Assembly: GCA_010909165.1 (NCBI GenBank)
Contig: MU008168.1
Location: 868,001-932,000 of the forward strand
Length of the DNA: 64,000 nucleotides
Source of the DNA: Anthoceros angustus
Taxonomy: Eukaryota; Plantae; Anthocerotophyta
Direction: 5' to 3'
Every line of letters starts with the position of its first letter. The stretch's first letter is position 1. The position numbers and the translations under genes are program-made. This document shows, piece by piece, positions 61,455 to 64,000 of the stretch. Under the pieces are notes generated by a model. That model did not search any database. It was not told the origin of the DNA and saw only the letters and a list, made by a program, of their open reading frames with translations.

Positions 61455-61900
61455 TCATGGGGATCGGTTGCAAGCATTGCAAAACCAGTCCCCTTGCGGC
61501 ACTTCTTTGAGCAGAGGCTGCAGACAAAACAAATGATATCCCTTGTTGCACTTATCATATAGCAACATAGCATCCTCGTCCTCCCACTTGCCACAGATTT
61601 CGCATAGTAAGTCTTTTGGTGGAGTCCACACGCTAGGTTGGATTTTTTGATCCAAGGCTGGTAGATAATATGGTGCTAGATTCCAAAGTGTCAACTGGCT
61701 GCTGAGGTAAATGCACATAATCCCCTGGCTCAAACTTGTTTGCCTTCGGCTTTTTAGTACCTCCTTTGGTATGAGCACACCTAAACTTATCTCGATACTG
61801 AGCTACAGCCCAATTCTGCATTGCCATAGGCATCACATGCTTGTGTAGCTCTATCCTCCGCTACAATTCAGCTAAACATTGGTCTACGTGGATCGAGGCC
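61455..61900 (-). pseudogene. gypsy integrase C-terminus followed by a PHD finger (remnant)
   Basis: MPMAMQNWAVAQYRDK..KFEPGDYVHL (paralogous to 59557-59988), then CEICGKWEDEDAMLLYDKCNKGYHLFCLQPLLKEVPQGDWFCNAC (C4HC3 with one C to Y change). Confidence 0.8.
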
Positions 61901-63021
61901 CTATGTTTTTCCATTGCCGCTTGTTGTACATTCGGTAACTTTGGATGCTAACTTTAAGTAGGACCTAACTCTTAGCTCTAACGAATAGTGCCCTAAATTG
62001 GTATGTATTTTATTAGTTATCGTATTTGTACGATGGTTCTTCACGGATGGCACAAATGACTTGAGTTCGACCAGTGCTCAAAGGCACCTGCCTCACACGC
62101 ACAATCTTCATACACCTTCTAAATCTCTTTGTAGCGAAACCGGAGGTCTGCGAAATCCACTGGGATTATGTCCCAAAAGGATGCACTCCTAGCTAGCCAC
62201 TTCACTCCTTGAATGTTTGGAAACAACATGTATTCTTTAGTATGTGCGGCTGCTGTTGCTACCTTATGCTGGTGTCGATTCTCAATTTCATGTCGGCCAG
62301 TGAGGTCTTGAACCCAAGGTGGCTCCACCTGTCGCTCACCCTGATCGACGTCGATGTGATAGCCTCAAACCTCTCTAACTCCACCTTGTCTATGCACTCC
62401 TCCACACTCCAGCCTGTCTCCCTGTGGAATAGCTCAAGCTACTCGATGCTCTGGAAGTCCTGGAACTGCTTCATCAATATCGTGTTAGCAACTCACACCG
62501 TTCCAAAGTCAGTTACTAATTATCATTCATAATTCACGCACACAGACACGCATAGCCACTCTCAGCTGACAATCACACCTAGTTACTTAGCCATGATCGA
62601 TAAATTAGCAAAGCTGCTAAGTGGTACACGTGCTCAAATAGATTAATAAATTTGTCTGGATCTGTCGACAACTACTGCCCACAAGCTGCACCTTGCTCGC
62701 ATAATTACGCGAAAAGCTAGTCATAAAGATGTTGGTATGCCACAAATCACTCTTTGTTTAGGGTTTTCATCTCGCTTTTATTCTGACACAAGCACCTGAC
62801 TCAGTCCGTGCTCGTTTACCGCCCTACGACCAGAATGTTAGTCCCATTGCCTGCACGTTGACAAGTCTGCCATGTTTTCTGCCTATATCAATTTCATTGT
62901 TTCAACCAAATCATCTGCATCGCGTTAGAGCTGCGCTAAGCATCCACACATCAGTCAAGCGCACTAACACTCGTGCAATCTCGTTGCTTTCAACTGAATA
63001 CATGGATGTTTTATTACTTAC

Positions 63022-64000
63022 TGTTGATTATTTAATTAATACTTATAGAGCATTGTATATACCTAGGGCACCGTTCATAACCTAGATGAATGCTAGTTGG
63101 TAGTTGTAACCGTTTTTCATGTAGCTAGGACATATTACTTGTTTCCCTCAACCTTTTTGTGATATCTTTATATATATCTTTGCCCTCGGTGTCATGGGTT
63201 GCTCAATCTGCTATGAACCTATAAACGGGACATGGTATCAGAGCCCTGTGGCTTGATCGCCTGGTTCTGCTATGCATAGGCAGTTTGCTTCTTTGGTGTG
63301 TTTGTAAAATTGCTTGTTTTTCTAATGGCAATTTGTCTCAAACCCTAGCATACAAGGCAAGATGCCTCGCAGGCAGATCTGCGAGCAATCTTGGCCAGAT
63401 CTTGATAAGGAAAAAGGAAGACGCTATTCTGAGCCTGACTTTGAGAAGCTATATTATAAGAATGTCTGCCAAATCAAGACGAGCCGGTTTCTTGGCGCAT
63501 TTCTTGACTCACAAGCATCTACAGCAAACAGCCGTGCATCAGCATCTGATCCTGGACAGCTATTCAACGTTCAACCAAACTCTCAACATCGGTAAATCCA
63601 CGCCCGGAAGTTTTCTATAACATCGCTATTCTTAACTCAATCATGAATATCAAGAGCACTGTTCTGGAATACACATCTCGAATAGATTCTGTTCTAATTA
63701 GGCAGGAGCAACTTGAAAGGCTGAGAATTTCAGACCTCATGACGATGGCAAAGCAAGAGAGCGACATTAGCGCCTCTCGAGCAAATTTCACCGCCCGCAC
63801 CAAACTAATTTGTTCTCGGCTCTGCGAGCATCATGTCGGGATCAACTAATCGACTCGGATCGAACCGGTTGCAAGATAAGGACCGGTGACTGGTACCCTG
63901 CGCCTGAGCTTGGTGCTTGCATCCTTGAGGAGAAATTGTCGATGGAAGTGGTTGATGGCACTGCTCCCAAAAGGTGGTCGCCTATCCGGAACCATGACAC
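63022..64000 (+). mobile_element. 5' LTR, tRNA-iMet PBS and start of an LTR retrotransposon running out of the window
   Basis: ...GGGACA (63232) is directly followed by the canonical PBS TGGTATCAGAGCC (63233-63245). LTR start is approximate. Confidence 0.7.

Overview
Eukaryotic land-plant nuclear DNA, most likely a hornwort such as Anthoceros (inferred from the GRP-terminal DYW:KP editing factors). About 1-27.7 kb is a nest of LTR retrotransposons: two plus-strand Ty1/copia elements, plus an older minus-strand copia interrupted by a 15.9-kb non-chromoviral Ty3/gypsy element. The gypsy element has a TGGTG target-site duplication and very long (about 4.2 kb) LTRs that appear to carry a degenerate ORF. 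At 28-51 kb there are three paralogous PLS-class PPR genes ending in the variant DYW:KP deaminase domain (KPAV motif, HAEKLA, CSDCH, C-terminal GRP), the class linked to reverse U-to-C organellar RNA editing. The main finding is that all three carry, between the putative transit peptide and the PPR array, one or two copies of a motif matching the PDF motif of plant organellar single-stranded-DNA-binding (OSB) proteins, giving a PDF-PPR-DYW:KP fusion. The rest of the window holds micro- and minisatellites, a tandemly repeated MULE/SWIM transposase, gypsy integrase remnants (one with a PHD finger), a double hairpin and the 5' end of another LTR element. Dense 1-bp indels and many local tandem duplications suggest long-read consensus errors, so frameshift and pseudogene calls are tentative.
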